Positions 9,449 through 20,322 of a stretch of DNA of 64,000 nt are shown piece after piece. The stretch is from Candidatus Latescibacterota bacterium. GTDB lineage: Bacteria; Latescibacterota; UBA2968; SICM01. The translations under genes were made by a program, and so were the position numbers. How positions within the stretch are numbered: the first letter of the stretch is position 1; each line of letters starts with the position of its first letter. Location: contig CBDCJO010000002.1 of NCBI GenBank assembly GCA_965217865.1, positions 1,792,001 through 1,856,000 on the forward strand, given 5' to 3'. The notes below the pieces were generated by a model. It saw only the letters and a program-made list of their open reading frames with translations. It was not told where the DNA came from and did not search any database.

Positions 9449-10612
9449 TCAATCAAGCGTCACGAAGATCGATCGACGTGGTTGATTGTTTATTATACGC
9501 GATCGATGACCGTGTCCGTCCGTATCTTCGGCCAGCAGGATATCTCCGCCTCGAAATCGCCTTTTGGACCCGTCGCCGACTTCAATTTCAACCTCCCCGT
9601 CCAACATAATGATATACTGTTTCCGCGGGGCGTTGTGCCAGTCATAATCGTAGTCGGGAGTGTTTTGACGAAAAATGATTCCGGTTGCTGGAAAGACCTT
9701 TGACAGCCGTCCGATCTCCCCGGCGTCTTCCAGGGGAATTTCCATATCTTCGAAATGGGACTGACCGTCGGGGCCGGTATAAAGACGGGTAATTTCCACG
9801 GCATCCACCTGGTCTTCCGGGGAAACTTCCCGCAGGGCGTCCTGATGGCGAGGATCGATATATTTTCGGGCCCACGCCCCGCATACCGCCCCGACATAAA
9901 CCGAATCGGCCTCGTGTGACAACAAGTGATCGGCCTCATCCAGCGAAACAAAACTCTTTGGATGTCTTGCCGCTTTGAAAATCCTGGTCGCATTTTCGAT
10001 TCCAACTGTATTGTCTATTGGGGAATGGAAGATTAGAAGCGCGCCCTCTAGATTCCGAATCACCTCTTCCATATGGGATTCTTCGAGATCGTCTAGAAAC
10101 TGTTTTTTTATCTTGAATTTTCGACCTGCGAGAACGACTTCGGCTTCCCCCTCCGCCTCAATCTTTTCCCTTCGACTTCCTAGAAGATGGGTAACGTGCC
10201 GGGGGTCGGCAGGCGCGCCGATCGTTGCCACCGCGGCGGAGGTTGGGATTTTCGCCGCCGCCAGCAGGACCGCAGCACCGCCCAGAGAATGTCCGATTAA
10301 AATCTTCGGCCCCTCGAACTCCGCTTTGAGGAAATCGGCCGCGGCCACGAGGTCGGAGACATTCGAGGAAAAATTCGTATCCGCAAAGTCACCTTCGCTC
10401 TCCCCTAACCCGGTAAAGTCGAATCTCAGCACTGCGATCCCTTCATCCGTCAACCCCCGACTGATGTGGCCGATCGCCTTCAGGTTCTTCGTGCACGTGA
10501 AGCAATGAGCAAACAGGGCGTAAGCGATCGGCTGTCCAACGGCCGGTAGATCGAGACGTGCTCCAAGCACCTGGCCTTCCGTATTCTTGAAAGAGAGCTT
10601 CCTAAACGGCAT
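9449..10612 (-). CDS. Alpha/beta hydrolase (OsmC-fusion-type N-domain) fused to a C-terminal cupin domain
   Basis: FAHCFTC, GHSLGG, HSPID, ADHLL; C-terminal DWHNAPRKQY...LAEDTDGHGH. Confidence 0.8.
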   Translation of the reverse strand: MPFRKLSFKNTEGQVLGARLDLPAVGQPIAYALFAHCFTCTKNLKAIGHISRGLTDEGIAVLRFDFTGLGESEGDFADTNFSSNVSDLVAAADFLKAEFEGPKILIGHSLGGAAVLLAAAKIPTSAAVATIGAPADPRHVTHLLGSRREKIEAEGEAEVVLAGRKFKIKKQFLDDLEESHMEEVIRNLEGALLIFHSPIDNTVGIENATRIFKAARHPKSFVSLDEADHLLSHEADSVYVGAVCGAWARKYIDPRHQDALREVSPEDQVDAVEITRLYTGPDGQSHFEDMEIPLEDAGEIGRLSKVFPATGIIFRQNTPDYDYDWHNAPRKQYIIMLDGEVEIEVGDGSKRRFRGGDILLAEDTDGHGHRSRIINNQPRRSIFVTLD

Positions 10613-10707
10613 CTTGACCTCACATTTTTCGGATTATACCTGTAACCACGGCGGTTCTCTCACCATCTCATAACCCGCCCGGGGGATGAACGGCGGCGGG
10701 GGGATTC

Positions 10708-11530
10708 TTAGAGGCGAAATATTTTCTCTGCGTTCTTCCGTGTGATACGGTCGAAAGCGTCCTTCGAGAGACCCATCTTCCGGATATATTCGACGATTGG
10801 CGTTTCCTGTCCAAGCTTAAGAATATCTGTGGCGAACAGCATCCGATGCTTCCATCGTTTGAGGAATGAGAAACCGAACTCCGGATCGCGCGTGATCGCG
10901 TTGTACCCGGACCCGGCTGATAGATCCGCATAGAGATTGGTGTACTTGCTTAATAGTTCGTCGATCCTTCCCCCGTAGACGGACGGAACCCCCCGGAAAT
11001 GGAATGTTGGGCGATGGCCGGGGGGAGATCTCCTTCCAGAAATTGGGAGAGTGTCCGATAAAGTTGACATTCCTGTAAGTGGCCAGCATACGCTCAAATC
11101 CCGGAAGTCCGGGCTTGTCCCGGTTGATCCAGGAGTCGAAGTGCATCACCATCGCCAGCTTCAGTCGGTCGCACGCCTCATAAACGCGCTGCTGCATGGG
11201 ATCGTCTACGGTGAGGCCACAGAGGTTCTCCCCGTACCCGACGCAACCCTGATCCATGTAATAGGCGATGATGGGTAAGGGTTCGAATTTCCCTGGATAA
11301 CGGTGGCGGGGATCTACGGCACACAGAGGAAAAAGTCGGTCCCGGTGCCGCTTCGTCATTCGGAGGAGGTCTCGACTCGTAACAAAACAATCGACTTCCT
11401 CCGGGGACTCCACCGCCATGACCAGCGCCTTTTCAATCCCTTGTCGGTCCATCCAACGGAGGAGCTGCGAGGGTTTTAATCCTGGATCGTCTGAAAGGAG
11501 CCTTCCGAGATGGGTGTGGGTGTCGATCAT
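10708..11530 (-). CDS. Amidohydrolase_2 family protein (frameshift near 11020)
   Basis: IDTHTH, FIGH, then LYADLSAGSG, LFATD, KNAEKI in a second frame. Confidence 0.8.
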
Positions 11531-11597
11531 GAACCCGTCGTCCTTAAAATACCTTTTCCGTGAGGCGTCATCTGTCTGCTTTCTCATTTATGAGGAA

Positions 11598-11959
11598 TTA
11601 TTCTTTGAGTAATTCCGAAACGGAACCCAGAATTTCCTGAACGGAAAAGGGCTTTACAAGAATTCGGTGCGCACCCAGATTTTGAGCCGCTGGAAGGCGG
11701 TTGAACCTCCCTCTTGCACCCGTGATGGCGATAATTTTAGGTTCGGAAATTCCCGGCGGATTTCTCGGATAATTTCAACCCCATCTTTTTTAGGCAAAAA
11801 GATATCCGTTATGATCAGGTCGACGGAACCCTGCCCGAGAAGCCGTACCCCCTCTTCGCCGTCTGATGCCTCCACAATCTGGTGTCCGGACTTTTCTAGG
11901 ATATCCAGGCATAACTTCCGGACCAGTTCATCGTCTTCAATGACTAAAATATTCGCCAA
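11598..11959 (-). CDS. Single-domain CheY-like response regulator (frameshift near 11738)
   Basis: ILVIEDD, DLIITDIFLP; the shifted frame gives KIIAITG...LVKPF. Confidence 0.8.
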
Positions 11960-12244
11960 ACCAATTCGCTCTCTTCCTTCATTGACGATCTTCTATAATC
12001 TTCTATGCTGAAACTGTTGGCCGTGTGAGATGAGTGGACTATGGTTGCATAGTAATTTTCAGGGAGTCATAAGTCAAGCCAAATCAAGGCTCTCTTTTGC
12101 GATCCTGAGGGAACTCAACTTCATCATTGGAAATGGCTTTATTTGGGCCGTGAACTGATTTATTATTGACAATGGATGTCGTTTTCCCGATGCTATTCCA
12201 AACCTAATACATATGGCGATAATTCGGTTCTAAAAGGAGTAAAA

Positions 12245-13228
12245 ATGGCTAAGAAAAAAATTCGTCTGGGACTGATCGGCTGTGGCGGCAACATGCGGAA
12301 GGCCCATATGCCCCGCGTTATATCGGACGGGGCCATTGACCTGGTGAGCGTGGCTGACCCGGACGAAGCCCAGATACGAGAGATCAAAAAAATATGGACC
12401 ACTCCGTTTAACGGCTACGCCGACTTCAGGAGGATGTTGGCCAAAGAGAACATGGATGCCGTCATGATCAGTTCCCCCCACCGGATGCATTACGAACACG
12501 CCAGGGCCTCCCTGGGAAAAGGCTTGCACGTCCTGGTTGAGAAGCCCCTGACGATATCGTCGAGACACTCAAAGTCCTTGATCGAATTGGCCAAAAAGAA
12601 ACGCCGTTTTATCCAGGTGGGTTATCAGAGAAATTACTACGCGCCCCACGTATACGCACGCGAATTGGTTCAAAAAGGCGCCATCGGAGACCTGCGTGGG
12701 GTGGTATCCTATGTGACACAAAATTGGGGGGACGTCGGAGGTTGGCGCCTGAATCCGTTCATCTCTGGAGGCGGCATGTTCATGGACACCGGAAGCCACC
12801 TGGTAGCCTCCACCCTCTGGGTCACCGGACTGGAACCGGTTGAAGTTTTCGCGTTCATGGATAATTCAGGAAAGGACGTGGACATCAATGCGGTGGTAAA
12901 CGTCCGTTTTTCGGGGGGTGCGATGGGCACGCTCGATTCGTTTGGAAATGCCAGTCGACACGACGAACGTCTGGCCATCCACGGGAGCCGGGGATGTATC
13001 GTCTTCCGTTTGCACAAATTCCGCTTGAATGAAGTTCTGTTGAACGATCAGCCTATGAAAATTCCTTCCCGGATTAAAGAAACGACCCCAGACGCTGCGT
13101 TCTTCAAATGGATTCGAAACGGAGGAAAAGGATATACCCATCCCCAATATGCGGTTCAGGTCGCCAGGCTATCGGAAGCCGCTTACGAATCTTTCCTACG
13201 CAAAAGACCCGTCAAGGTTGCCCTTTAA
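12245..13228 (+). CDS. Gfo/Idh/MocA oxidoreductase
   Basis: GLIGCG, HVLVEKP, GGGMFMDTGSH. Confidence 0.9.
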   Translation: MAKKKIRLGLIGCGGNMRKAHMPRVISDGAIDLVSVADPDEAQIREIKKIWTTPFNGYADFRRMLAKENMDAVMISSPHRMHYEHARASLGKGLHVLVEKPLTISSRHSKSLIELAKKKRRFIQVGYQRNYYAPHVYARELVQKGAIGDLRGVVSYVTQNWGDVGGWRLNPFISGGGMFMDTGSHLVASTLWVTGLEPVEVFAFMDNSGKDVDINAVVNVRFSGGAMGTLDSFGNASRHDERLAIHGSRGCIVFRLHKFRLNEVLLNDQPMKIPSRIKETTPDAAFFKWIRNGGKGYTHPQYAVQVARLSEAAYESFLRKRPVKVAL

Positions 13229-13241
13229 TCACTGGCTACAT

Positions 13242-14207
13242 CTAATCGTCTCGGATTTCCATTTTTAACGCCCCGACCGGCCTGCTATCGAGGTCAAATC
13301 CATCAGAGCTTCCCACCTCCTGGAATCCAAGCGACTCAAATCGCGATCGTTTGTCCTCATCTTCGATAGATACAGATGCCCAGCACGAACTCGCGTCTCG
13401 ACCAAATCCCCAATCCATGGCTGCGCCCATAAGGTTGTCCCAGGCGTTCATAAAGACCTGGTGTGTGAATCCATCCACCCTGCAACTTCCCGAGTCATCG
13501 AGCCTGGCCGTGGCGAGCCCGACCAGTTTGCCGCGATCCGATCGTGCGACAAACCAGGCCCCCCATCCTCCAAGCCCAATCCCTTCAAACCGAGGATATA
13601 GGCCCATACACGAACCCTGAGTCGCATATCGGGTTGAAATTAAGCCAGTATTTCCATCCAGGATCTGCCAGTCGTGCGGGGCGACGATCAAAGGGATCAT
13701 AGGAATCCGATCTGCGACCGTCCCGGGCCCGATCCGCGCCGTTCCGCTTTCTCTGAAGTAGTCGACGAGGAAGGTCTCGGGAGAGACTTCGCTCACGATC
13801 AAACCCATCACATTGGCCCCGGCAAGTTTTCGCCATCCGAGCCTTGCATACACACGTAAGGCTTCCGGATTTCCAGTCCCAAGGAACAAGGCCTTCCCTC
13901 CCTTCGCTCCAAACTCTTCTCGAGCCATTCCACAGAGGTTATACGCGATCCCCTTGCGGCGAAATTTCGGGTTCGTAGCCACCTCACCCAACCCCCCCAA
14001 TTCGGGATTTGTCCGGGATATGGTCAAGTGACATGTACCGCCCAACGCTTCCCCTTCCCGTAAAAAATAAAAGATGTCGTGGTTCTGTTCGGTTTCCTTC
14101 CCCTCGAAAATCCCCAGAGAACTTTCGTAGGAATTTCCGAAGATCTCCTCCCAGAAATCGGTCAGCTCTTTTGTCAAATCATTCGGCAGCGGTACCTCAA
14201 TCCTCAT
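13242..14207 (-). CDS. GNAT N-acetyltransferase
   Basis: VATNPKFRRKGIA acetyl-CoA motif, ALRVYARLGW. Confidence 0.8.
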   Translation of the reverse strand: MRIEVPLPNDLTKELTDFWEEIFGNSYESSLGIFEGKETEQNHDIFYFLREGEALGGTCHLTISRTNPELGGLGEVATNPKFRRKGIAYNLCGMAREEFGAKGGKALFLGTGNPEALRVYARLGWRKLAGANVMGLIVSEVSPETFLVDYFRESGTARIGPGTVADRIPMIPLIVAPHDWQILDGNTGLISTRYATQGSCMGLYPRFEGIGLGGWGAWFVARSDRGKLVGLATARLDDSGSCRVDGFTHQVFMNAWDNLMGAAMDWGFGRDASSCWASVSIEDEDKRSRFESLGFQEVGSSDGFDLDSRPVGALKMEIRDD

Positions 14208-14489
14208 GAAAACCTCCTTGTATCCCTTGTAACAGGATCTTTATACGGAATACTATCTAATTTAAATTGGAACACGACTTGAAACAAAAACATTCTCATT
14301 TTATCTCGGCTGACGTGGAGACTGAATGATCCCATCGTATTTTGACTTTTCCCTTGCAAACCCAATTTTCCTCGGCCTTGATTCCTCTTGACCCTCGATT
14401 TTGACCACATTATATTGGCCCGTCGCATTTAATGAGGTTTCCAACGGATTCGATTTATTCATCGTATTTTAATCGACGGGTATCAATCA

Positions 14490-15182
14490 TTGTTTAAAAA
14501 GCTCCTCGCTTCAGCTTCGGGTTTGCTCAGGGCAGCTCAGCAAGGGCGCCTGGACAAAGTCCACTCACACCTTCAGGCTGGAATCGATCCCAATACACGG
14601 GATAAAGGTGGGCGATCGGTCATCAGATGGGCCACCGTCAGAGGACACCTCGATATTGTAAAAACCCTTCTCGATGCCGGGGCGGATCCGAACGTTCAGG
14701 ACAGGGAAGGCTATACCGTCCTGATGGTGGCCGCAGGTGAAGGGTCGACCGATATCGCCCTGGCCCTTCTCAAAGCGGGCGCAGAGCCCAACGCGAAAAC
14801 GGAATCCGGCTTAACCGCTCTGATGGCGGCCGCGGAGAAGGGACATCTCGATGTAGTCAAGTCCATGCTCGATGCCGGCGCGGATCCGAACGCGCAGCGG
14901 AGGACCGGCCAGAGGGCTTTGGGCTTGGCGGTCAATGAAGGCATAACGGAGATTGTTCAGGCCTTGCTTGATGCCGGGGCAGACCCGAATGCCAGATTGG
15001 AAGTGGGCATGACGCCTCTGATCATGGCCTCTATCGAACGCCACAGCGATATGGTCCGGATTCTGCTCGATGCCGGGGCGGATCCAAATGCGAAGGACAG
15101 CGTCAGTCAAACACCCCTTCGGCTGGCTCAGGGTCACTCTGAAATCGTTCAATTACTCGATCGAGCCGGGGCAAGGGAATAG
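14490..15182 (+). CDS. Ankyrin-repeat protein
   Basis: About six 33-aa repeats G.T.L..A...G..DIV..LLDAGADPN. Confidence 0.92.
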   Translation: MFKKLLASASGLLRAAQQGRLDKVHSHLQAGIDPNTRDKGGRSVIRWATVRGHLDIVKTLLDAGADPNVQDREGYTVLMVAAGEGSTDIALALLKAGAEPNAKTESGLTALMAAAEKGHLDVVKSMLDAGADPNAQRRTGQRALGLAVNEGITEIVQALLDAGADPNARLEVGMTPLIMASIERHSDMVRILLDAGADPNAKDSVSQTPLRLAQGHSEIVQLLDRAGARE

Positions 15183-15411
15183 GTGGATCCTGATTTGTCC
15201 GGTTCGGAGAATCAATGTGCATATATTAACGGTTTGGCAATAGATTCTGCTTGCCCCCAAGTGTCCTGTTTTACACGTCTCCATTCCGATCCGATCTTCT
15301 ATACCATCCTCAAAATCCCTTGACAACCCTAGCCTCCCACTTTACCTTGGTTTATTCGGATTTGAAGAATACGAGATCCTTTCCTGAATTCACCGGGATG
15401 TCTATGGAGGT

Positions 15412-16170
15412 TTGATGCCATCCGATCAAGCCATGCGGTTTTTGACACAGGGATACCTGGTCATGAGGAATGTCCTCACGCCGGATGAACTCCGGCGAGC
15501 GCGGGAGGCATTCGATGGGGCTGTGGAAAAGGGGCAAATGGCCGAAGAGAAAACCGGGAAGGACTACTTCGGCCTGAAAAACATTTTTGATATCGACGAT
15601 ATCTTCCTGGAACTGGTAAATCACCCCGTCACATTTCCTGTGGTGCGGGAGGCCATTGGGGATGACGTACATCTGGAAACCGCTCAGGGGGTCTTTTTAC
15701 CTCCCGGGGCAGATCTCTTCAAATGGCATTGGGACACCCACGCCTTTCAAGGGGTGAACATAGAGATGTCGCCACGCTTCAGGGCAAAACTTCATTACTT
15801 CCTCGCCGACGTACCTGAAGACCGCGGCTGCCTTGGGTATGTACCCGGAAGTCACAGGTTCCGGACCGACGAGCTGCCGGAAGTGGAGCGGTTGGAGGAC
15901 ATGCCCGGACACGTCCGGTTGCCGATGAAAGCGGGAGATGCGCTTTTGATCCACATACACGGGTGGCACACGGTGTTCCCCAATACGAGCGACGAGCCGA
16001 GAAAGTCGATCATCCTCGTCTACTCCCATTCCTGGATGAAGCGGAACGATAAAGCCAGGCCCTCGGACCTCACGCGGATCCAGGATGACCCGGTGAAAAT
16101 ACACCTCTTCGGGGTTGGTGAAGACAAGGGTTATAAGGGAACGCGTCTTCCCCCGGTTGGGGCCACATAG
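15412..16170 (+). CDS. Phytanoyl-CoA dioxygenase family (Fe/2OG)
   Basis: WHWD, VPGSH, GDALLIH..GWH, PRKS. Confidence 0.88.
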   Translation: MMPSDQAMRFLTQGYLVMRNVLTPDELRRAREAFDGAVEKGQMAEEKTGKDYFGLKNIFDIDDIFLELVNHPVTFPVVREAIGDDVHLETAQGVFLPPGADLFKWHWDTHAFQGVNIEMSPRFRAKLHYFLADVPEDRGCLGYVPGSHRFRTDELPEVERLEDMPGHVRLPMKAGDALLIHIHGWHTVFPNTSDEPRKSIILVYSHSWMKRNDKARPSDLTRIQDDPVKIHLFGVGEDKGYKGTRLPPVGAT

Positions 16171-16232
16171 TCGGTTATGTTAGGTGAAGCCCAAGACCCA
16201 AACCAAGCAGGTGCAACTGAAAGGAGGAAAAG

Positions 16233-16887
16233 ATGATTCGCTCAACGGTTCGCAAATCGTGGGCTGGGATCCTTTCCCTTTTCCTTTTTGCAGTCCCGGG
16301 GTTTACCGAAACCTATCAGATAGATCCGAGTCACTCGTCTGTAGAATTCTCTGTCCGCCATATCTTCAGCCAGGTTTCTGGAAAATTCAAAACTTTTTCA
16401 GGGGTCATTCAGTATGATCCCAAATCTCTGGAAAACGCTTCGGTTGAGGCGACTATCAAGGTCGCCAGCATCGATACGGACAACGAGAAGCGGGATAATC
16501 ATCTTAAAAGTCCCGATTTTTTCGATGCGGAAAAATATCCCGAAATCACCTTTAAGAGCGAATCGGTTAAGAATCAGGAAGGGGGTCTCCTCCTCAAAGG
16601 TGACCTCACCATGCACGGCGTCACTAAGAGCGTTCTGGTATTGGTCGAGGTTCTGGGTGGGCACCCATCCAATGGCCAAAATCCCTATTGCAGGATTTTC
16701 TGCGGGATCGACCCTCAAACGATCGGATTTTGGGGTCAACAACTGGACAGACCCCGCCAATATCGTTGGCGACGAGGTCAAGATTACCTTAAATTTAGAG
16801 GCCGTGGCCAAGCCGATGGCAAATCCCTGTAATCAGCGGAATCCGTGTGGCAAATCCGAAAACCCCTGCAACCCTTGCAGCAAGTAA
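16233..16887 (+). CDS. YceI family periplasmic protein with NPC-repeat tail (frameshift near 16655)
   Basis: IDPSHSSVEF.VRH, RDNHLKSPDFFD, LTMHGVT; second frame KRSDFG...GDEV. Confidence 0.85.
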
Positions 16888-16940
16888 GCCGAGGGTGTAA
16901 AGAGCCTTCGGCTTAACGGAGAAGTGATGACCGCAAAAAA

Positions 16941-17345
16941 ATGATTCGGTCGACGATTTTGGCTTTCATCGTGATGTTCATACTGGGCGGGCTGTGGCAC
17001 GCGGTCCTCATGGTGGATTTCTATAAGGAACTTTTAACCCCAGAATCCCGGGAACCGCACCAGATTCAGTTCATCGCATCCGGCGTCTTCCTCTTGGCCT
17101 TGTCGATGGCCTATCTCTATCCCAAGGGCTACAGAGGAGGGTCGCCAATAAAAGAGGGATTAGTATTCGGGGTAATTATGGGACTAATCTGGATTATTCC
17201 CCACGGCTTGGTCATGCATGGAATGACGGCAACCTCGGGAAAGCTGTTATTAGTCGATGGTCTATGGCACCTTTTCGAACAAGGAATGGGTGGTATTGTG
17301 ATCGCATCGGTTTATGGCAGAGATTCGGAGTCCACATCCACCTAA
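16941..17345 (+). CDS. Small four-TM hypothetical membrane protein (DUF1761-like)
   Basis: Four hydrophobic segments. Confidence 0.55.
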   Translation: MIRSTILAFIVMFILGGLWHAVLMVDFYKELLTPESREPHQIQFIASGVFLLALSMAYLYPKGYRGGSPIKEGLVFGVIMGLIWIIPHGLVMHGMTATSGKLLLVDGLWHLFEQGMGGIVIASVYGRDSESTST

Positions 17346-17722
17346 AAAGCGCTGCTCCCCGAGCTCCATCCACCACTTTCCTCTTGACATCCTTTTTTTC
17401 TAATCGAACGGTGATTATATACTTGATAAAGTCATGATAGTGATGAAGGCTCTGTCTACTCAAACAATCTGTTGGCAGTCCCCATGCCGACAAATATAAG
17501 AAACAGGACATCAAAAATCAGGTAAAGAAATCGCTCGAATCGGACGATCTCCGGCCAAAGGACGGGGCATTCTGCGAAACTTTCGCAAAAAACTCAACAT
17601 TTTGGGATAAAGCAAATAGCCTTTGTCAAGTATATAATTCCCAATCGAACTGTGGTCTAAGCTTCCTCATCGGGAGGAAGCAGATGGATATTCTGCCTAC
17701 ATTAGATTCAAGGCATCTGGCG

Positions 17723-17760
17723 ATCAGCCGCATCTGAATAGGTGCGGCTGATTTATTTTT
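17723..17760 (+). terminator. Intrinsic terminator-like hairpin
   Basis: ATCAGCCGCATC-TGAATA-GGTGCGGCTGAT followed by TTATTTTT. Confidence 0.6.
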
Positions 17761-17832
17761 CGCATAGTAAAACTTAACGCAATTAGCAGATTAAGGCTTG
17801 ACTTTACAAACCAAACTGAGTAACTTCATACC

Positions 17833-19089
17833 ATGTCCAACTTCAAGAACCGCACGATGTGGACGGGTGACAACCTGGACATCATGCGTGGTATGAATTC
17901 CGAAAGCGTCGATCTGATCTACCTTGATCCGCCGTTCAACAGCAACCGCACCTACGCCGCGCCTATTGGATCTGAAGCGGCAGGAGCGGTTTTCAAGGAT
18001 TCATGGTCGTTGTCCGACTTGGATGTTGCTTGGATGGGTATTATCGCCGACAAACACCCGGCCTTATATTCGATTATAGATGCGGCAGGATTGGCGCACG
18101 GGAAAGGCATGAAGTCATATCTCATAATGATGGCCATAAGGCTGCTTGAAATGAAGCGATTGTTGAAGGACACAGGCTCAATTTATCTACATTGTGACCA
18201 GACAGCGAGCCATTACCTGAAGCTGCTCATGGACGCGGTGTTCGGACAAAGAAGCGTTCGGAATGAGATTGTTTGGCACTATAGCGGGTGGAATAAGCGG
18301 ATGAAGCGCCACCTAGAGAAGCGCCACGATACGATCCTGTTCTACGGCATGAGTTCTCATACTACGTTTCACTATCCAGTACGGCCCTGGAACAACAAAA
18401 AAGAGTACGTGGCGCGTCGCAAGCAAAAGGTACACCTAGATTCAGGAGGTAGGGAGTATGTCCTTTCTGATGCTGGCAGTGGCGAACGGGTTCGGCGCTA
18501 TCTTGATGACGCTATGACCTATGGCGTTCCACTTGACGATGTTTGGGACATCCCGAAAATCAACAACTCGGATGCTGAGCGTGTCGGCTACCCAACCCAG
18601 AAGCCATTAGCGTTGCTTGAACGCATCATCAAGGCTTCGTCGAACGAAGGCGATGTGGTCCTGGACCCATTCGCGGGCTGCGCCACCGCCTGCGTTGCTG
18701 CCGAGAAACTGCACCGCCAATGGGTAGGTATAGACATATCGGAGAAGGCGGTTGATCTAGTCCAGGTCCGTATTCGGCAATTCGACCTGTTCAGCGACTT
18801 CACGCCTGTCAAGCGAACCGACGTCCCGAAAAGAACGGACGTAGGCAAGCTTCCCAACTACCGTACACATAGGCATGTCCTGTTCGGCAAACAGGAAGGA
18901 ATGTGCAAAGGATGCCGTTCAACATTTCACTTCAGAAACTTCGTGGTGGATCATATCGTACCCAAAATCAAAGGAGGAACCAACCATCCAGAAAACCTGC
19001 AACTGCTCTGCGGAGCCTGTAATAGTGTCAAGGGAAGCAATACCCATGAATATCTGATCTCCAAATTGAAAGCGGATGGCATTCTGTAA
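17833..19089 (+). CDS. N6/N4 DNA methyltransferase (beta class) fused to C-terminal HNH endonuclease
   Basis: DPPF before DPFAGCAT; YPTQKP; CKGC...VDHIVPK..GG..H.ENLQLLCGACNS.K. Confidence 0.9.
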   Translation: MSNFKNRTMWTGDNLDIMRGMNSESVDLIYLDPPFNSNRTYAAPIGSEAAGAVFKDSWSLSDLDVAWMGIIADKHPALYSIIDAAGLAHGKGMKSYLIMMAIRLLEMKRLLKDTGSIYLHCDQTASHYLKLLMDAVFGQRSVRNEIVWHYSGWNKRMKRHLEKRHDTILFYGMSSHTTFHYPVRPWNNKKEYVARRKQKVHLDSGGREYVLSDAGSGERVRRYLDDAMTYGVPLDDVWDIPKINNSDAERVGYPTQKPLALLERIIKASSNEGDVVLDPFAGCATACVAAEKLHRQWVGIDISEKAVDLVQVRIRQFDLFSDFTPVKRTDVPKRTDVGKLPNYRTHRHVLFGKQEGMCKGCRSTFHFRNFVVDHIVPKIKGGTNHPENLQLLCGACNSVKGSNTHEYLISKLKADGIL

Positions 19090-19129
19090 CGTGTAGGATT
19101 TCTAACTGGCCCACTGAAAGGACGGAATT

Positions 19130-19420
19130 ATGTCTTTGACAGATGAGCAAGTGCGTCGATCTATGAAGAAGGTTCCCGTTGTTTCCCGTCAGGACGCGAA
19201 TAAGCTATCCAATCAAGCTCTTCTTGTGTCAGGCGTGGGGGTTCGCCACGCCACGTCCCGATCAGTTTTAATTCTGGAGATAGCCATCGAGGGTGTTCGC
19301 GGGGAAGAGAGGATCGATCTTGCCCTATCTCCTCCAGCTGCTGCTCAGCTTGCCCGGATGCTGAAGAAGGCGGTGAAGGCCTACCTGTTAGGCGACGAAA
19401 AAAACTCCGTATCCACATAA
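19130..19420 (+). CDS. Hypothetical protein (IS passenger)
   Basis: 96-aa ORF with SD-like GAAAGGA upstream. Confidence 0.5.
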   Translation: MSLTDEQVRRSMKKVPVVSRQDANKLSNQALLVSGVGVRHATSRSVLILEIAIEGVRGEERIDLALSPPAAAQLARMLKKAVKAYLLGDEKNSVST

Positions 19421-19440
19421 TTTAACCTCCCGAAAAAAGA

Positions 19441-20322
19441 CTATGCGAAGCAACCCTTCATGAACGTATCAAACGTCCGCTTGTTCTTCCGGTTGTTGTA
19501 TTTGTAACACGCCTCGGCCACGTAGAACGGCGTGTAACGCTTCGTGTAGTGATGATGGGAACCGTACCACGCTCTCTTTAGCAGGGACCATACGCCTTCA
19601 ATCGTGTTCGTGTGTATATCACCGTCCGCATAATGCCTGGCATGGTGAATCACGGCGTGACTCATGATTTGCCTTACTGCGTTGTAAGCCCCGAATTCGT
19701 CCGTGACAAGCACCGACCCTTCGGGCTCTATCGCCTGCTTGATGAAGTCCAGAACTCCCCTGCCTGACAGATCGTCCGCCACACGGGCAACTACCTTCCC
19801 TCCACGCTCCACGGCTCCTATAACCGGAGTCTTGCGGGTCCCGCGCCCCCTGGGAGCGTTGCCGCCGCCTTTCCGATTGTTGCGTTTCCTGGGCTTGCCT
19901 CCGACGTAGGTCTCGTCGGCTTCGACGATCCCGCGCAACAATATCTTCCCCTGCCTCGTCGCCATCTCGGCGCGAATCCGCTGTTGCATGTACCATGCCG
20001 ATCGTTGGTTAAGGTTCAGGTCCCGGGCAAGCTGGCAGCTGGACAGGCTCTTCTTGGCGTTGAGGATCAAGGCGATTGCCATAAACCACTTCTGGAGCGG
20101 AAGATGCGTACCCTGAAACATTGTCCCCGAAAGAACGTTGAAGCTGGACTTGCAGGCATGGCAGTTCCAACGCCCGACAATGGTTCCCTCTTTCTTTCGG
20201 GCACATTCCCCAACCGCCCCGCACAACGGACAAAACGGGTCACTTCCGAACCGCACCCGCTCAAGGCTTTCAATGCATGATTCCTGAGTCGGGAACCTTT
20301 CAATCGCCGTCAACAAGTTCAT
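19441..20322 (-). CDS. IS1595-family DDE transposase
   Basis: CPLC..CHAC zinc ribbon, VEADETY, RGRGT.K, TDE, HTNTIEG.WSLLKR. Confidence 0.93.
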   Translation of the reverse strand: MNLLTAIERFPTQESCIESLERVRFGSDPFCPLCGAVGECARKKEGTIVGRWNCHACKSSFNVLSGTMFQGTHLPLQKWFMAIALILNAKKSLSSCQLARDLNLNQRSAWYMQQRIRAEMATRQGKILLRGIVEADETYVGGKPRKRNNRKGGGNAPRGRGTRKTPVIGAVERGGKVVARVADDLSGRGVLDFIKQAIEPEGSVLVTDEFGAYNAVRQIMSHAVIHHARHYADGDIHTNTIEGVWSLLKRAWYGSHHHYTKRYTPFYVAEACYKYNNRKNKRTFDTFMKGCFA

